A stretch of DNA of 64,000 nucleotides, from NCBI GenBank assembly GCA_051294375.1, contig CM119270.1, forward strand, positions 11,910,416 to 11,974,415, in the 5' to 3' direction. Below are positions 12,956 through 25,579 of this stretch, one piece after another. This DNA is from Paraspadella gotoi (Eukaryota; Animalia; Chaetognatha). The position numbers were made by a program, and so were the translations under genes. Position 1 is the stretch's first letter, and every line of letters starts with the position of its first letter. The notes beneath the pieces were generated by a model that did not search any database, was not told the origin of the DNA, and saw nothing but the letters and a program-made list of their open reading frames with translations.

Positions 12956-15263
12956 TGAAAGGTTAATGGTTAATTCCGAGTTCAACTCCGTTTTCGGGTT
13001 GTAAAATGTAAAAAGGGGGCAAACCAGAGGACAAAATCCAAACTACACGCCCTTTTCTATAATAAGTTCACAAGTCCTAAATTTGCCCCAATTTGATAAA
13101 TTTTTAAGCAGACAGTATTAAACAGAATGAATGGGTTTACAAAAGTCATATTTTTGTATTTTTATTTTTGTAATCATATCATTTAAGGAAAATACGGTTT
13201 CACTTTGGTGAGGCTGATTTCTCCTGCGATGATATTTATACCATTTTTTTCGTATTTCTTTTCTTTTGTCATTTTTGATGAAAATATATCCTGATAAGAT
13301 CTTGCTTACCATACTTTCAACCTCATCTCATAAACTTATTTAAAGTTTTTAACCAATTTAAATATTAATAAAAAGTAATCTCAGCAAAGTTAAGACGGAA
13401 ATGTGCGAAAATTTGAATTGGGTTTGACGGTTACGAGGAAAAGCTCACAAACGAAGCTTAGAAAATCAAACAAAAGGAGAGAAGAGAGATGTGTCTTCAG
13501 ATTCTGGAAATCCTTGATAGAAAGCAGTTGTCTTTAAATCTCGAACATTTTCCTTTACAACCTGATTGCTATCGACCTTCCGTTGGACGATGGGACGAGT
13601 ATGGTTATCGGGTTTCACCAAGTTGTGCTCAAACAACTCTGCTCACATGACAGAAGAAACGTAAATTTTTTTTTGGGAAATAGATAAATAACATATAATA
13701 TATTGGTTGTACCAATTTCATAGAATGAAAATTTGCAATTACTTGTTTCACTATTTTCTATTTTTATATTTTATGAAGGATTTAGTATTTAATCTTATTT
13801 TTAATCAAACATATATTGCTTTCTTTCTTAAAAATGTTTTATTTATCTAATAATTCAATTTGGGAAGGGGAAGTCAGTGTTGTCTTCTGGAAATAGAGGG
13901 AGCATCTATACAACACAAGGTTAGATTTCTATCTGTCCTAGTTTTCTAATAGATATCACACATCATTTCTGTTAGAAAGTCATTAATGAAAAATCATAAT
14001 ATCTAAGAGGCTGAACAGAAAGGGGTGGGAATGGATAATTTTTTAGGGGTGACCAAAGTTATATATGATTTTTTTTACCAATAGGGATAAGACTACCATG
14101 TAGAATTGTATGTTCTGATAGGGATACATACCGGGGAAAGGTCTATAGGGGCACCTTTATGTCATGAATATAATTTTAAAATTATATTTTTTCTTTATTC
14201 TACTTTTTAATTATTTCTATTTGAATATTTTTTATCTTTTATTTTTATACAATGGGAAGGTCATCAGTTGGGAACCTATACCTTCATGGATTTCGGCTCT
14301 TTAATCCCAATATCCAGGTATAGGCGAGCCATCACCAAATGGTGATCCTTCATTGTTGCTTATCTTATATTTTAAATGTATATCTTGAATGTTTATCTGA
14401 AACAGACCAAAGCCCTGGCATTACAGCATTATTAATTTTAGAGAAATTTTATTCAGGTTTTGTAATAATTTGTAATTTGTAAATAAATAAAATAAGTTAA
14501 ATAATTAGTTTAATAATAAGTTAATAATTAAGGGTATGTTAATGTAAAGTTAACATTAAGTTAATTGGTAAGTTAATAGAATGTAATAATACAAATTCGC
14601 CCGGGTGGCGTCTACAGATCTAATTCTCCAATTTTCAATTTTTATTACTACCAAAGTGATAATTTTTTCCCTATCTTCCACGACGACGATTTTCGTCTCC
14701 TCGTCAACGGGGGCATCATTAATGACTTCCAAAGCTGAAAAGTTAAGACATGAGTTTCTTCGTTCGACAGAAGACGGCCCGTCGTCTTCGTCGTGTTCCC
14801 ATAAATCTAATTAGAAGCGAAACAACCGAATTCGAATTTTTAATGAAACGCAGCGGAGAAAGGTAGTATAACGTTACGGCGTCAAAAACAAATGTAGTAA
14901 TTAATTATTTTGTTTGATAAAATTAAACTTGACTGAATTATCGGGATTCGATGCCCTGACTTATAGAAAAATATTTATTTTCTTAGCGTCTTAACGATGC
15001 TTTTGCAATGAGTTCCTCAGCAACTAATTATTAAAATAAAAAAATAAAGAAAACTCGCGAAGAAAAAAGGTTTTCTGCGAAACCGACAAACTTTTCTCTT
15101 TTTCTCCATATACTTTTCCTTTTTTTTTCTATTTTCTCTTTTTCTTTAATTTTTTTCCCTTTCTCTTACTTCTTTCTTCCCCCTGATCGCATTAGTCGCC
15201 CAGAGAAAGAAAGGATGTAACGGTGAAATTCCGTCTTGTTTTTTTCAAAGGCCACTTGTAGCA

Positions 15264-15303
<40 letters not shown>

Positions 15304-16429
15304 TCTGCTCTCTCCTCTCTCTGGACAGGTAAGTAATATAATTTTTATAGTTATAGTTATAATACAGTTTATAATTCTCTTTTTTTTTTAGTATCTACAA
15401 AACACAAAATGAATGAAATTAAATTAAATTTTCCACAATTTGTTTCAATCTTAAAATGGCCGCCGATAAGAAATTGTTAAAGGTTCGCCGCTGGCTAAAA
15501 AGGTCAGTAAACCTTGGCCACCTTTTTCAAAAGCGTCTTCATTTCCCGAAATAATAATTAGATCTGTACTCTATAAAATCCCACCGAACACAATCTAAGA
15601 CTAGATTATTCGAAAAAAATGCTTATTCTCCCAACTTTCATAAATCATCTATTATTTTCTTCCTGTCACTTTCAACCCTTTCTCTTTTTGTTATTGTACT
15701 CGATCGATCTTAATTCATTAAATAAAAAAAAAAAACATTTCCTCGAGCGCTTGCCTTTGTTTTTCCCCATCTTAGTGCTTTTGAGGTTACAAACTGTCCT
15801 TTCTCTTTCTCGTTATATAATCTATAATTTTGTTAGTATTATCGTCTTATCTTTTTTTTTCCTGTTTGAAATTTTACTCATCTCTTCTTTGACATCTGCA
15901 TTCCAAAGCATAATACAAATATTATTAGAAACAAAAACAAAGATTGATAATTAAGTATCTGCAAGTATGTTTTTTCTGCCTTTTTTGAGTACACTAATAT
16001 AAATTACCAAAAGAACACAATTAACTTCTAAAAATAGAAGCTAATATCGAATAGTCTTCTTTTGACGTCGCTAGTGGCGACCGACAGAAAAGAAAAGGCG
16101 TTAAGCAGAGAATCAGATGATAAGTTAGGATTAATTATGTAATTTATTTTTATTTAATATAATTTACCAACAATTTTCATAATTTATAGGTTTTTTATGT
16201 GATATTTAGTAGTTTAAATTCTGGCGATTAAGCAGTTTATGGTAATTATGGTCTTTATGATAGTTATGGTAGTTGTGGTAGTAGTGGTTGTTGTTTTGGT
16301 TGTTTTGTTGTTTTTTTGGTTGTAATATTTTTAATAATTGTAGTATTTGTTATTGAATTGAATTTTTTTTTCACTTAAACTTATTTCCTCTCCGACGATT
16401 CCAGCTTAATGACATTCTTTTCAACCCAC

Positions 16430-16700
16430 ACACAAAATTTAAGGTCAATCGTCTTATGTACATATGAGTAATCGGCGTTCAAAGCTAAGGGGGACGGACA
16501 TACAGACAGACGGACAAACGGACGGACGAACGGATGGACGGACATCGTTGGGTTTTTTTTTTGGCCTTATTTTATCATAATTCGATATTCTGAGATGATC
16601 TAAATGATCTACCGACAAGATTCAGAGGTGGGACCGACAAGATTCAGAGGTGGGACCGACGGAGCGACAAAGTGAATTATAGTAAGCAGTATAGTATAGT
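16430..16700. mobile_element. Short interspersed non-coding repeat with a (GACG/GACA)n tract, possibly Helitron/HINE-like
   Basis: GCTAAGGGGGACGGACATACAGACAGACGG...GACAAAGTGAATTAT, with a degraded second copy at ~22845-23012. It contains a 22-bp tandem duplication at 16611-16660. The family assignment is inference only. Confidence 0.5.
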
Positions 16701-17541
16701 ATATTGCAGTAAGCAGATCCGTCTGAAAAATATTAAAAAACATTTCCCGGTTTTTAACGAATTCGACGGAAAAACAATTAAGGATCTGTCACCTGTTCCC
16801 TGATAGACGCCAGTCAGGCCGCTCCGAACCGCCGAGGCTCGTCATATTCTTCTCCGTATTTGAGAAAAGAAAGAAAGAAGAAAAAAAAAAGAAAGAAATA
16901 AAAGAAGAAAGAAAGAAAGAAAGAAAAAAAGAACGAACGAAACTTTCGAAAGAAAGAAAAAAAATAATGAAAAAAAAAGAAAACAAGAAAGCATGAAAGA
17001 AAGAAAGAAAGAAAAAATATTTCTTCGATCAGTTTTTGTTTTGAATTTCGAAACCAAAAACATTTTTTCTTTTTTGAACTCTCGCCACAAAAAATAATCT
17101 ATTTTGCGCAGCCGCTGTTCAATCGAGTTTGTATTTTAAACAAGACCCGTTTAACTTCTTTGTAATGAGTGAGGTTACAAAGAAGTTGCTTTGACCCGGT
17201 ATGGCTGTATAGACCTAATCGACTTTGCTTTACTGACGCGACTAATTATGTTTATTTCATGTTGTATTGTACAATGTACATGGTGACCATTTGAAACCCA
17301 CCGCTAGAAAAAAATTCACTAAAGGAAAACGTGAAGAGATTTTAACATTTTGAAAAGAGATACTTAAAGACAAGACATTCATATTTTTATGTATAATTAT
17401 CATTTATTTCCGTTTACTTCTACTTTAATAGGAAGAGATAGCTTAGAAAATGATCTTCCTACTCGAAAAAAAAAAATTGTTTTACTTTCTGGCCGAATAA
17501 TAATGTTCATATTGCCTGAAAGCTCTTACTGTATACTATGA

Positions 17542-17626
17542 TATGAAATTGGTACAACCAATATAAAAATTATCCATTCATTTAATAAATAAGCTATCTT
17601 GTCCCTGACTTTGGACAGGCTTTGGT
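17542..17626 (+). repeat. Dispersed short repeat (TATGAAATTGGTACAACCAATATAAAAATTATCCATTC...CTGACTTTGGA)
   Basis: Related copies at ~45640-45697 (+), ~59876-59952 (-), ~63216-63275 (+) and ~13698-13722 (-). Confidence 0.7.
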
Positions 17627-18737
17627 GGTTTACATCACACTTACAAGATAATAACATAACAGGTTTCTGCAAGCTTTCAATCAAGACTCTCTCACAGTTT
17701 TGTTTATTCACTCCCAGTGAACCTGGCTTCCCTATCAATGAAGTGATATAATATTTCAAAGAATGTTTCAATTGTGTGAAAATTTTTCTATTCTTTAGTA
17801 TAAAAAATATATTTTTGAGGCCCAGTAAAAATAATAAGGTATAGAATTATAACTTTTACAAAAAGCTGATACTAAAGTATATTATTTTTAAGAAATTATA
17901 ATTGATATTTCTGAATCAATTTTTAACGGGCTTTCTTGTGATACTCATATTAGGACTAACTAGTGAGTTTATGATTGTTTGACATAGCCATCAATTCCAG
18001 GTAAAAAAATTCCCTTCTTTTCAGATTGAAAAGCTAGAATTCGCTCCTCATCTTTTTTCGGTCATTACGAACTCAAACCTAAATCGATTATCAAGAAATT
18101 TATGCATACAATTTGTCTTGTCTTTATATATCTTTTTTCAAAATGTTAAAATCTATAAGATGTTTCGTATGGTGATTTTTATATCGGTAGATTTAAAATG
18201 ATCACGTGGTACATTGTACAATTTTAAAAACACAATTGTGATTTCAGCGGTAATACAAACGAAGAGGCGCTTTTGCACTTCCAAGTTGCATATTTTATGT
18301 GTGGTTCTTCCTTTGCTTTTATTTTGTTGTGACTTATAAAAAAAAATCGAAAGTCTCATTTGTTTTAATTACTTCTTTCGCCGATACGCGTAACGGAACT
18401 TTTCTTTGAGTGATCGCGAACGAGCGAGAGCAACTGCGACACATTCAGAAATTTAACATAATAGAAAACAATAATTAAATGCCTTGGGAGTGGCAAGCAA
18501 ACGGAAAAACGGACAGATACAAAGGTTACTCATTCAGTCGCTAAGAAAGGATTAATGAGGTAAGAATTCGAAGTTTTTTTTTTGCGTTGTTTTTAACGAC
18601 CATAGTGTTTTTTAATCTCTTCTCGAAACAAAACATAAAAATTAATGTGGTTTGAGTTTGGCAATTTATCCGAATTTTAATTGAATTTAAGCGACACGAT
18701 AATTAAAAGGGAGGTCAGATTGATACAGATTCCATCA

Positions 18738-19726
18738 CCTTTATAAGAGGATCAATCGGAAAGAAGACCGCGTGGATACTATCCACTGGATACAGTGACA
18801 AAGTTCGTCGTAAATTCCGTCTTAACTTCGTCGCGAATTTCGACGACGAAGATGATACGCGAGGTTATACTCTTTTTTAATTCATTCCATTGTTTTATAT
18901 AACGCTAGTTGATTTTGATGTATATATTTTTATTAATAAATTAATTAATCAATACTCTTCGCGCTAATTCCGAGGCATCTTGCAGCATCTCAATCAGGAT
19001 CCTCTCCATTCTCCATCCTCTCCTTCTTCAAATTCATGACTCGCCGATGAAGACGATCTGAAATCTCCCTCTTCTGTGCCTCTTCAAGTGAAACATCATG
19101 CCCTCTCTGCCGGGCCTCCCGCCCTTACGTCCGTCGGCACGCCAATGATCAACGCCCTCGTCCACCGGAGGGCGTAGGAGAGGAGGTTGAAGGGCGGAGG
19201 AACGACGTAGCCCATGCCGATGTAGCGGAGGCGGAGGCGGGTCTTGGAGGCTTTCCACTGGACGTTGGCCGAATCGTCGATCCGTTTGAAGACGTTGGTC
19301 ATGAGGGCGATGAGCAGATTGAGGAGAACGATGACCGCGAAGACGTGGTATCTTGGGTCGATCAATCAAAAAGTCAATCAATGTATATAGTTCAGTCAAT
19401 CAATCAACCAATTAATCGAAGAATCAATTAATTTAAAAATTAGTCGATCGATCGATCAAAAAGTCAATCAATAAATCACAGAATTAATCGTTCAATCAAT
19501 AAATTAAACAATGAATCAATCAATTAGTCCCTCAATTAACAAAATAATTTTATCAATAATTAAATCGTATAATTAAAAAATCAATCAATCAATCAAACAA
19601 TTAATCAATCAATCAATCGTAAATTTTATTAATCAATAAACAGTTATTAACCTTATTGAAGAATAAACATTCTTACTCTGAAACTTATGTCGTCACAGTT
19701 GAGATCAAACACGTGGTGGAGGTCGA
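18738..19726 (-). CDS. 3' exons of the TRPC-like channel (S6, TRP box, C-terminus)
   Basis: The exon starting at 19351 encodes YHVFAVIVLLNLLIALMTNVFKRIDDSANVQWKASKTRLRLRYIGMGYVVPPPFNLL, matching TRPC S6 (VVLLNMLIAMM), the TRP box (EWKFAR) and the PPPFN box. Probable flanking exons lie at 19726-19677 and ~18868-18738. The frame is broken by indels downstream of ~19140. Confidence 0.8.
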
Positions 19727-19889
19727 CTGATAAACAACAAAAAAAACAAGTCAGGGGTAAGGTTGAAGAGGTAGGTCAATTAGTTTGACGCGGAGTTGCA
19801 TGTTATGGGTTTCGTTGCACAATGTTACTCTTTATAACTCATTGAAGTATTTATATATTTTTAGGCCATTTAACATGGTTTCTGTCCAG

Positions 19890-22800
19890 GCATCCGCCGG
19901 GTGTCAATCTAAAAGTTGTTCTGATTCCTAATTTACATCTAACACAGATGGGGCAGGGGTCAAATGATAATAGGTTTTGCACCGAATCGCCATTCAGATT
20001 GCCTCTAATTCCACGCCTTAACGGTCTACCCTTGCTAAAGGACAGATTTAGCACACCTTTCACATCGTAAGGGTCACTGTGTCTAAATGTATCGAGAGAT
20101 TGTTGAGCGTCACCTTAGTTTTTAGTTAAAAAATGTGCAAAGTTTACTATATTAAAATTTTAAGTCCTTTCACTACATCAGTCCGCGGCTCACAACAGCA
20201 TCGCATCAACCTGCTGGAGAAGTTACAACCAATCTGCATTGATGGCATTATCTTAGAAGGTGGTGGAGGTAACCTAAAATATTTCCCCAACAAAATGTTT
20301 ATTCACAACTAGGTACTTCTTGGTAATTGAGCGATTCATTTTTTTTTAAAAAAAATAGTGTCAGTTCACATTCCTGAGGATAATCCTGTACAGATTCTTT
20401 TAAAAAATAATTATGCAAAATAATAGTTATCAATTAATTTTTTATGGCATCAATCAACATAAAGTGAGGATGGGTACAGTGTATGCTAAATTTCATTTTG
20501 ATGTGTCGAGAACATTGTACTCTGTTCAAAGATTGCCTGATGGTTTTAAAGTACTTTCAAAAAAAGATTTTAACACTGGAATGGTAAAGAAAAAAAATAT
20601 TAAAATTATTTCTTCAAAAAATGGGCTCATTAGTTGAGAAAAGACTTTAATTTTATATTTTTAACCAAGAAATTTCATGAACTTCGATATATCAACATGC
20701 TTGTGAGAGGCATTCCTAAATATTGAAGGATGTGGACCGAACGGTTGTTGGCTGAAGAGTCAAGTTAAAAACAGCAGTAAGATTTTTATTGTATTGCAAA
20801 ATTTAGTTTTTTTATTGATATTGGACTTACACTTTTGACTTTTCATAAAGGGGTGTGCTCCCACATTCTTTCGGTGCGATACATTGGATTTGTTCCAGTC
20901 TGCTTGAAGGATTGAATATTCAGAAAATATGTAGCATTAATGAACATTCACTTTACGCGTTTATACATATCATATGCAATATCAATGTGCAAAAAAATAC
21001 TATAGGCTTATTTTCTCACAAATATGAAACGGTTTAATTGAGTCATAATAGCCAACAACGCGCTGCTAGAAATCAAAAAAAAGCGTTGCTACAGTTTGTT
21101 TGTTAAAACTTCCAAACATACAATGTTACAAATAAAACTATGCAAAGAACATCAATAATAAAGCATTCGAATATTCGATGTATTGAGTTAATGGTACGGT
21201 TGAGCGATTTTTAAAAAAAAAAAAATATTATTATTTTAAATAAAGTACTTTTTGATAGAATTAGTTCCATCAAACTACATTTGTCGTGAAAAGTGAAAAC
21301 ATTAAGTCTGTGCTAATCTATTTTGTCCGTTGCTCCATCAATCAGCTTGAGATCACAATATGCGCCTGATCGTGCCAAAGTCAGAACAATTTATTTAAAT
21401 AATAAACAAGAACTCTACTATTAGTGTCATTTAGATAATACTTGTCAGATAACTTCTTGATCTAAGTTAAATGTAATTTACTACTTTTTTCCGTATTATT
21501 TTTGCGACAGCAGGACGAATCATCCCCTCTTCCTACAAGTTAACCAAATAAAGTTTGTCCTTACTTTTTAGCTCTTTAAATGATGAACGCTAACATTTCC
21601 TCGGCCACGAATTCGAAAGATTAAGCGGAGTTTAAACTTGTATCAATGTAAAAAGGGGCATGAAATCAACGAATGTCAAAAGCAATTTACAAGTTTGAGT
21701 CATATGTCGGGAATCTGCCCACGATAATTAGCGGAAATATAAGTTAATTTATTCCAAAGTTAATTAATTAATCCCATATGTTTGTTTTTAAGTCTTTTCA
21801 TCAACTGAACCAGATAAAAGCAGATGAAGATGATGGCGACGACGACAAATAATGCTTCGATAACGATGACTTGATTGGTATTTGTGTAATTGGCGTTTGC
21901 GGGGCGCAAACGCGGGCATGCGCCGTAGGGGAAGGACGGCTCAACGTCCGAAGGCAAGAGAGATTTTCGACATCCGAAGTCCCAAGTTTCCCAAATTAAT
22001 ACGAAGACAAAAAGCGAAATATCTGGCTTAATTTTTGACAATTTGATGACTGGAAGATAAAGTTAGAGGCGGGCAGTTGCCTCGTGTAGCCGGCGACGTC
22101 GTTTAATTAAAACTGTTTTTAAGTGGATTTTAACATGTGTTTATTGGTGACCAAACAATTGAAACTGTTTTTATTTCCTCGCGTGCTTCTAATCCGCTTG
22201 TTTTTTCTCTAAAGGAGGATTATGAACTTTAAACATTGTTTGGATTTAGCTCGATTGGTCCGTCTACGAGAAGTTCAGCGCGGCAATTAATAGACAATTT
22301 TGATATTAAACCGATGGCAGCTTAAACAGATTGATTAAATAAATTTAATGATAAATTGTTGATTGAATGAATCATTTTATTAATTAATTGACTGAAGTTA
22401 ATTAGTTTTATTGATTATTTAATTGCACTCACATTGATTTAACGTAATGAATTTATCTTGATTACAGTTAATACAGACTTAGAATTTAACAGTTTAATAT
22501 AAAAAGAATGAGGAAGAAGGCATAATTCCGTAAGAACAGGGTTTTTTTTTTACATATGAGAGACTCCATTTCCGACTCAGACGATTCAATTGAGACTTTA
22601 ATTTCCTGGCTCAGATCACACACTTTCCTAACCACATACAAACAATCGCACTTGCACTCATGAGTAAGTTGGCATTTCAAATAGTGAAAATAATATCGTT
22701 TTTTGTTTATTTTGTCTATTTGAACTATTTTCCACGCGGACAATTCCATCGAAACTCAATCACACAATTTCCTAACCAGGTCACCAGCACATAAAAATTT

Positions 22801-24090
22801 AATTCCAAGTCTATCCATCAAATCAACGCGTAAATTGGTGTGTTTTGCTAAAGGGGGACGGGGACGAACAGATACAGACCAGAATGGACGGTACGAGGAC
22901 ATATATCAGTTTCTTTGCATAATTATCATATATCGATTTTCTGACATAACTAAGTGAATTGCCCGAAGAGAAGTTGTAAGGACGGACCCGACGGACTGAC
23001 AAAGTGAATTATGTCTTGTTTTACTGTTTTTGAAAATTCATACGAGATTTACAATCGCTTCAAGCAGTATCTTGAACTCAATTCAAGTATCTACGAAATG
23101 TGGGCCAGCGCTAATCATGATAGAAGTCACCAGTGTAAGTCATATCAATAAAAAAAAATTAAATTTTCATATACAACAAAACGCGTAGCTTATTGCTTTT
23201 TTAATGTTGATCTTCAGCAACAAAACCGTGTCGTTCCATCCTTGCAATAATTTAAGAATGCCTTCTTACAAGCATGTTGATATTGAAGTTCAGTGAAATT
23301 ATGGGTTAAAATATAAAATTAAAGTGCTTTTCTGCAACTAAATGAAAGGTCCAATTTTTTGAAGAAATAATTTTAATATTTTTTTTAGCCATGGCAGTGA
23401 TTTAATAATTTTTTTTTGGAAAATGCTTTAAAACCGGGCTATCTTGAAAAGTAGCATGGTTCGCAAAATAAAATTTTAGCATAGACACCTGCATAGCTCC
23501 ATCTGACCTTGTATTGATGTGATGCCATAACAAAAAATGCTTATTGATAACTATTTTTGTGCGATAAATTTATGTTTTTAAATACGAATCTGTACAGGAT
23601 TTATGCCTCCAGGATGTGACTACACTATTTTTTATAAAAAAGAATGAATGCTCAATTACAAAGATTACCTAGTTTGTGAATAAAATTTGGTTGGGAAATC
23701 ATTTATGGTTTACCTCCACAACTCCATAGATAATGCGCATCAGATGCCAGTGGCTTTCGACATTTCTCACAGGTTGTGGAGGTTGCTGTTGTGGAGCCGC
23801 GAGATGGAGTAAGACTTAAATTTTAATATAGTAACTTTCACATTTTTTCAACTAATAAACTAAGAGTGGATCGTCAAGAGTCCTTCTATCATACTTTAGA
23901 CACAGTGACATATGAGTGAAAGGTGTGCTAAACTGTCTTTGTAAGGCAAGGGTACGACGTTAATAGGGTGTTAGAGGTTTGAATGGCGATTTCGCTGCAA
24001 ACCTATTATTTTGACCACTGGCCCCATCGTGGGTTAGAATATGGTAAATTAGGATCGAACTAACTTTTATGATTTTGACACACCTCTAAG
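19890..24090. repeat. ~1 kb inverted repeat pair (arms ~19890-20925 and ~23045-24090) around a ~2.1 kb interior
   Basis: For example, GACAGATTTAGCACACCTTTCAC...GTCACTGTGTCTAAA at 20041-20087 is the reverse complement of 23895-23937. The arms are colinear but full of small indels. Confidence 0.75.
21760..22049 (-). pseudogene. Exon-like ORF with one TM helix, possibly the S4 segment of a further TRP paralogue
   Basis: A pyrimidine-rich CAG acceptor at 22052-22050 precedes ...NQVIVIEALFVVVAIIFICFYLVQLMKRLKNKHMGLIN, which loosely resembles TRP S4 and the S4-S5 linker. The region is low quality. Confidence 0.3.
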
Positions 24091-24289
24091 CACGGGCAAG
24101 CGCGCGGCAAGAGAAGACCAACCGAGGCTTAACACCAACATGTGTAAATAGAATTGAAAAGTTGACAACTGACGCCATGACGTTCCGACTCCAGAACGGA
24201 TACACAACGACCCAAAGGGGGAGGAGAAACGGAGAGAGCGAGAGAGAGAGTGAGAGAGAGAGAGAGCAGAGAAGAGAGAGAGAAGAGAG

Positions 24290-24321
<32 letters not shown>

Positions 24322-24438
24322 GGGTGATTGTCGGCGAAGTGGTGGGCTTGAGAACGATCCATATACTGATTGTGGCGGGCAGCCGGCTGTTCGCGGGGAG
24401 AATTTACTCAAGGTCAAAGGCGATGTCAGTCGCGGGCT

Positions 24439-24463
24439 NNNNNNNNNNNNNNNNNNNNNNNNN
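24439..24463. other. Assembly gap (25 N) at the left boundary of the large palindrome
   Basis: Run of N. Confidence 0.99.
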
Positions 24464-24823
24464 GCGTTATTAACTAGAAAAAAAGTATCCTTTTTTTAAA
24501 TTAGAGAATTCTAAGTTTTTGAGGTTTTAGAGTTGATTACAAATCACCGAAATAATAAATATAAATAATAATGGGTGCGATTGGGGGGTACGATTAGGTT
24601 CACTACGAAAGAAAATAAACAAAGAAACTCAGGATTAAGCAGACCAAAATCGTAAAACTGGATTACATTCTAGAGAAGTTTTTATGGAGAAAAAGGAAAA
24701 ATAATTTAGAGGAAGAATGCCCGCCTTCGGGTTCAAGTCGTCGACGGCCCGCCCCACAAGCCGATCAAACCAAAAGGCACTCTAACTCTTTTTGGTGTAG
24801 ATCCGGGAGAGAGAGTGAAGCAC

Positions 24824-24917
<94 letters not shown>

Positions 24918-25505
24918 AAGAACTTTCGTCCCTTCGTTAATGCAACAACCTCTTTTTTATTCTGTCTTTCACGATTCACGTTTTTCGTCTGTGAGAATCG
25001 GCGGGGGCGAATTTTCGAAGGAGTGAAAAGGAAAAAGGGTGAGGTAATCGTGAACCGGAGACGGAAAAACCGCAAAAGGGAAGTTCGAAAGGATAAGGGA
25101 GGCATCACCGCTTCTCCGACGACGCGACGCATTCAAACTACGAGTCCAACCTTTTTAGTGAACTATTGGATGGATTGTAATATTACAGAAAGTACAAATT
25201 CACAATTTTTTTACAAATCATTTTTCGAAATATCAATCGGTCATGGTTAATTTAAAATTCAAGTCAAGGATGTGATTGAAATTAAAGATGGTAAAATAGT
25301 ATTTGTGGGTCGGCGCGCACATTGACAACAGTACTGTTGTTGTCTGGATCTTTTAAACAAAAAAAAGATAATGGCTAAAACTAAGTGGAGCTTGTTTTTC
25401 CACACGAACCCAGCCTCCTTTTGAAAGACAGATAAGTCTGGTAAAAGAGGTTAAGAGACTCAAATAATATTTTCGGAAAAAAAATTAAAATTTTTTTATA
25501 AAGCG

Positions 25506-25579
25506 TATGGCAACAGCCAGGTCGCCTGTGATGCCCATTGGGAAGGGGCATCTGCACTTTTGGCTCCACTACCGCCACA
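25506..25579 (-). mobile_element. Internally deleted mini-LTR of the TRIM family (mirror of 42810-42882)
   Basis: TATGGCAACAGCC...CCGCCACA, retaining both LTR termini. Confidence 0.65.

Noticed and set aside
16789-16865. Possible terminal exon of the TRP gene on the - strand
   Set aside because: GC-rich and downstream of a pyrimidine tract, but frame and splice sites could not be fixed.
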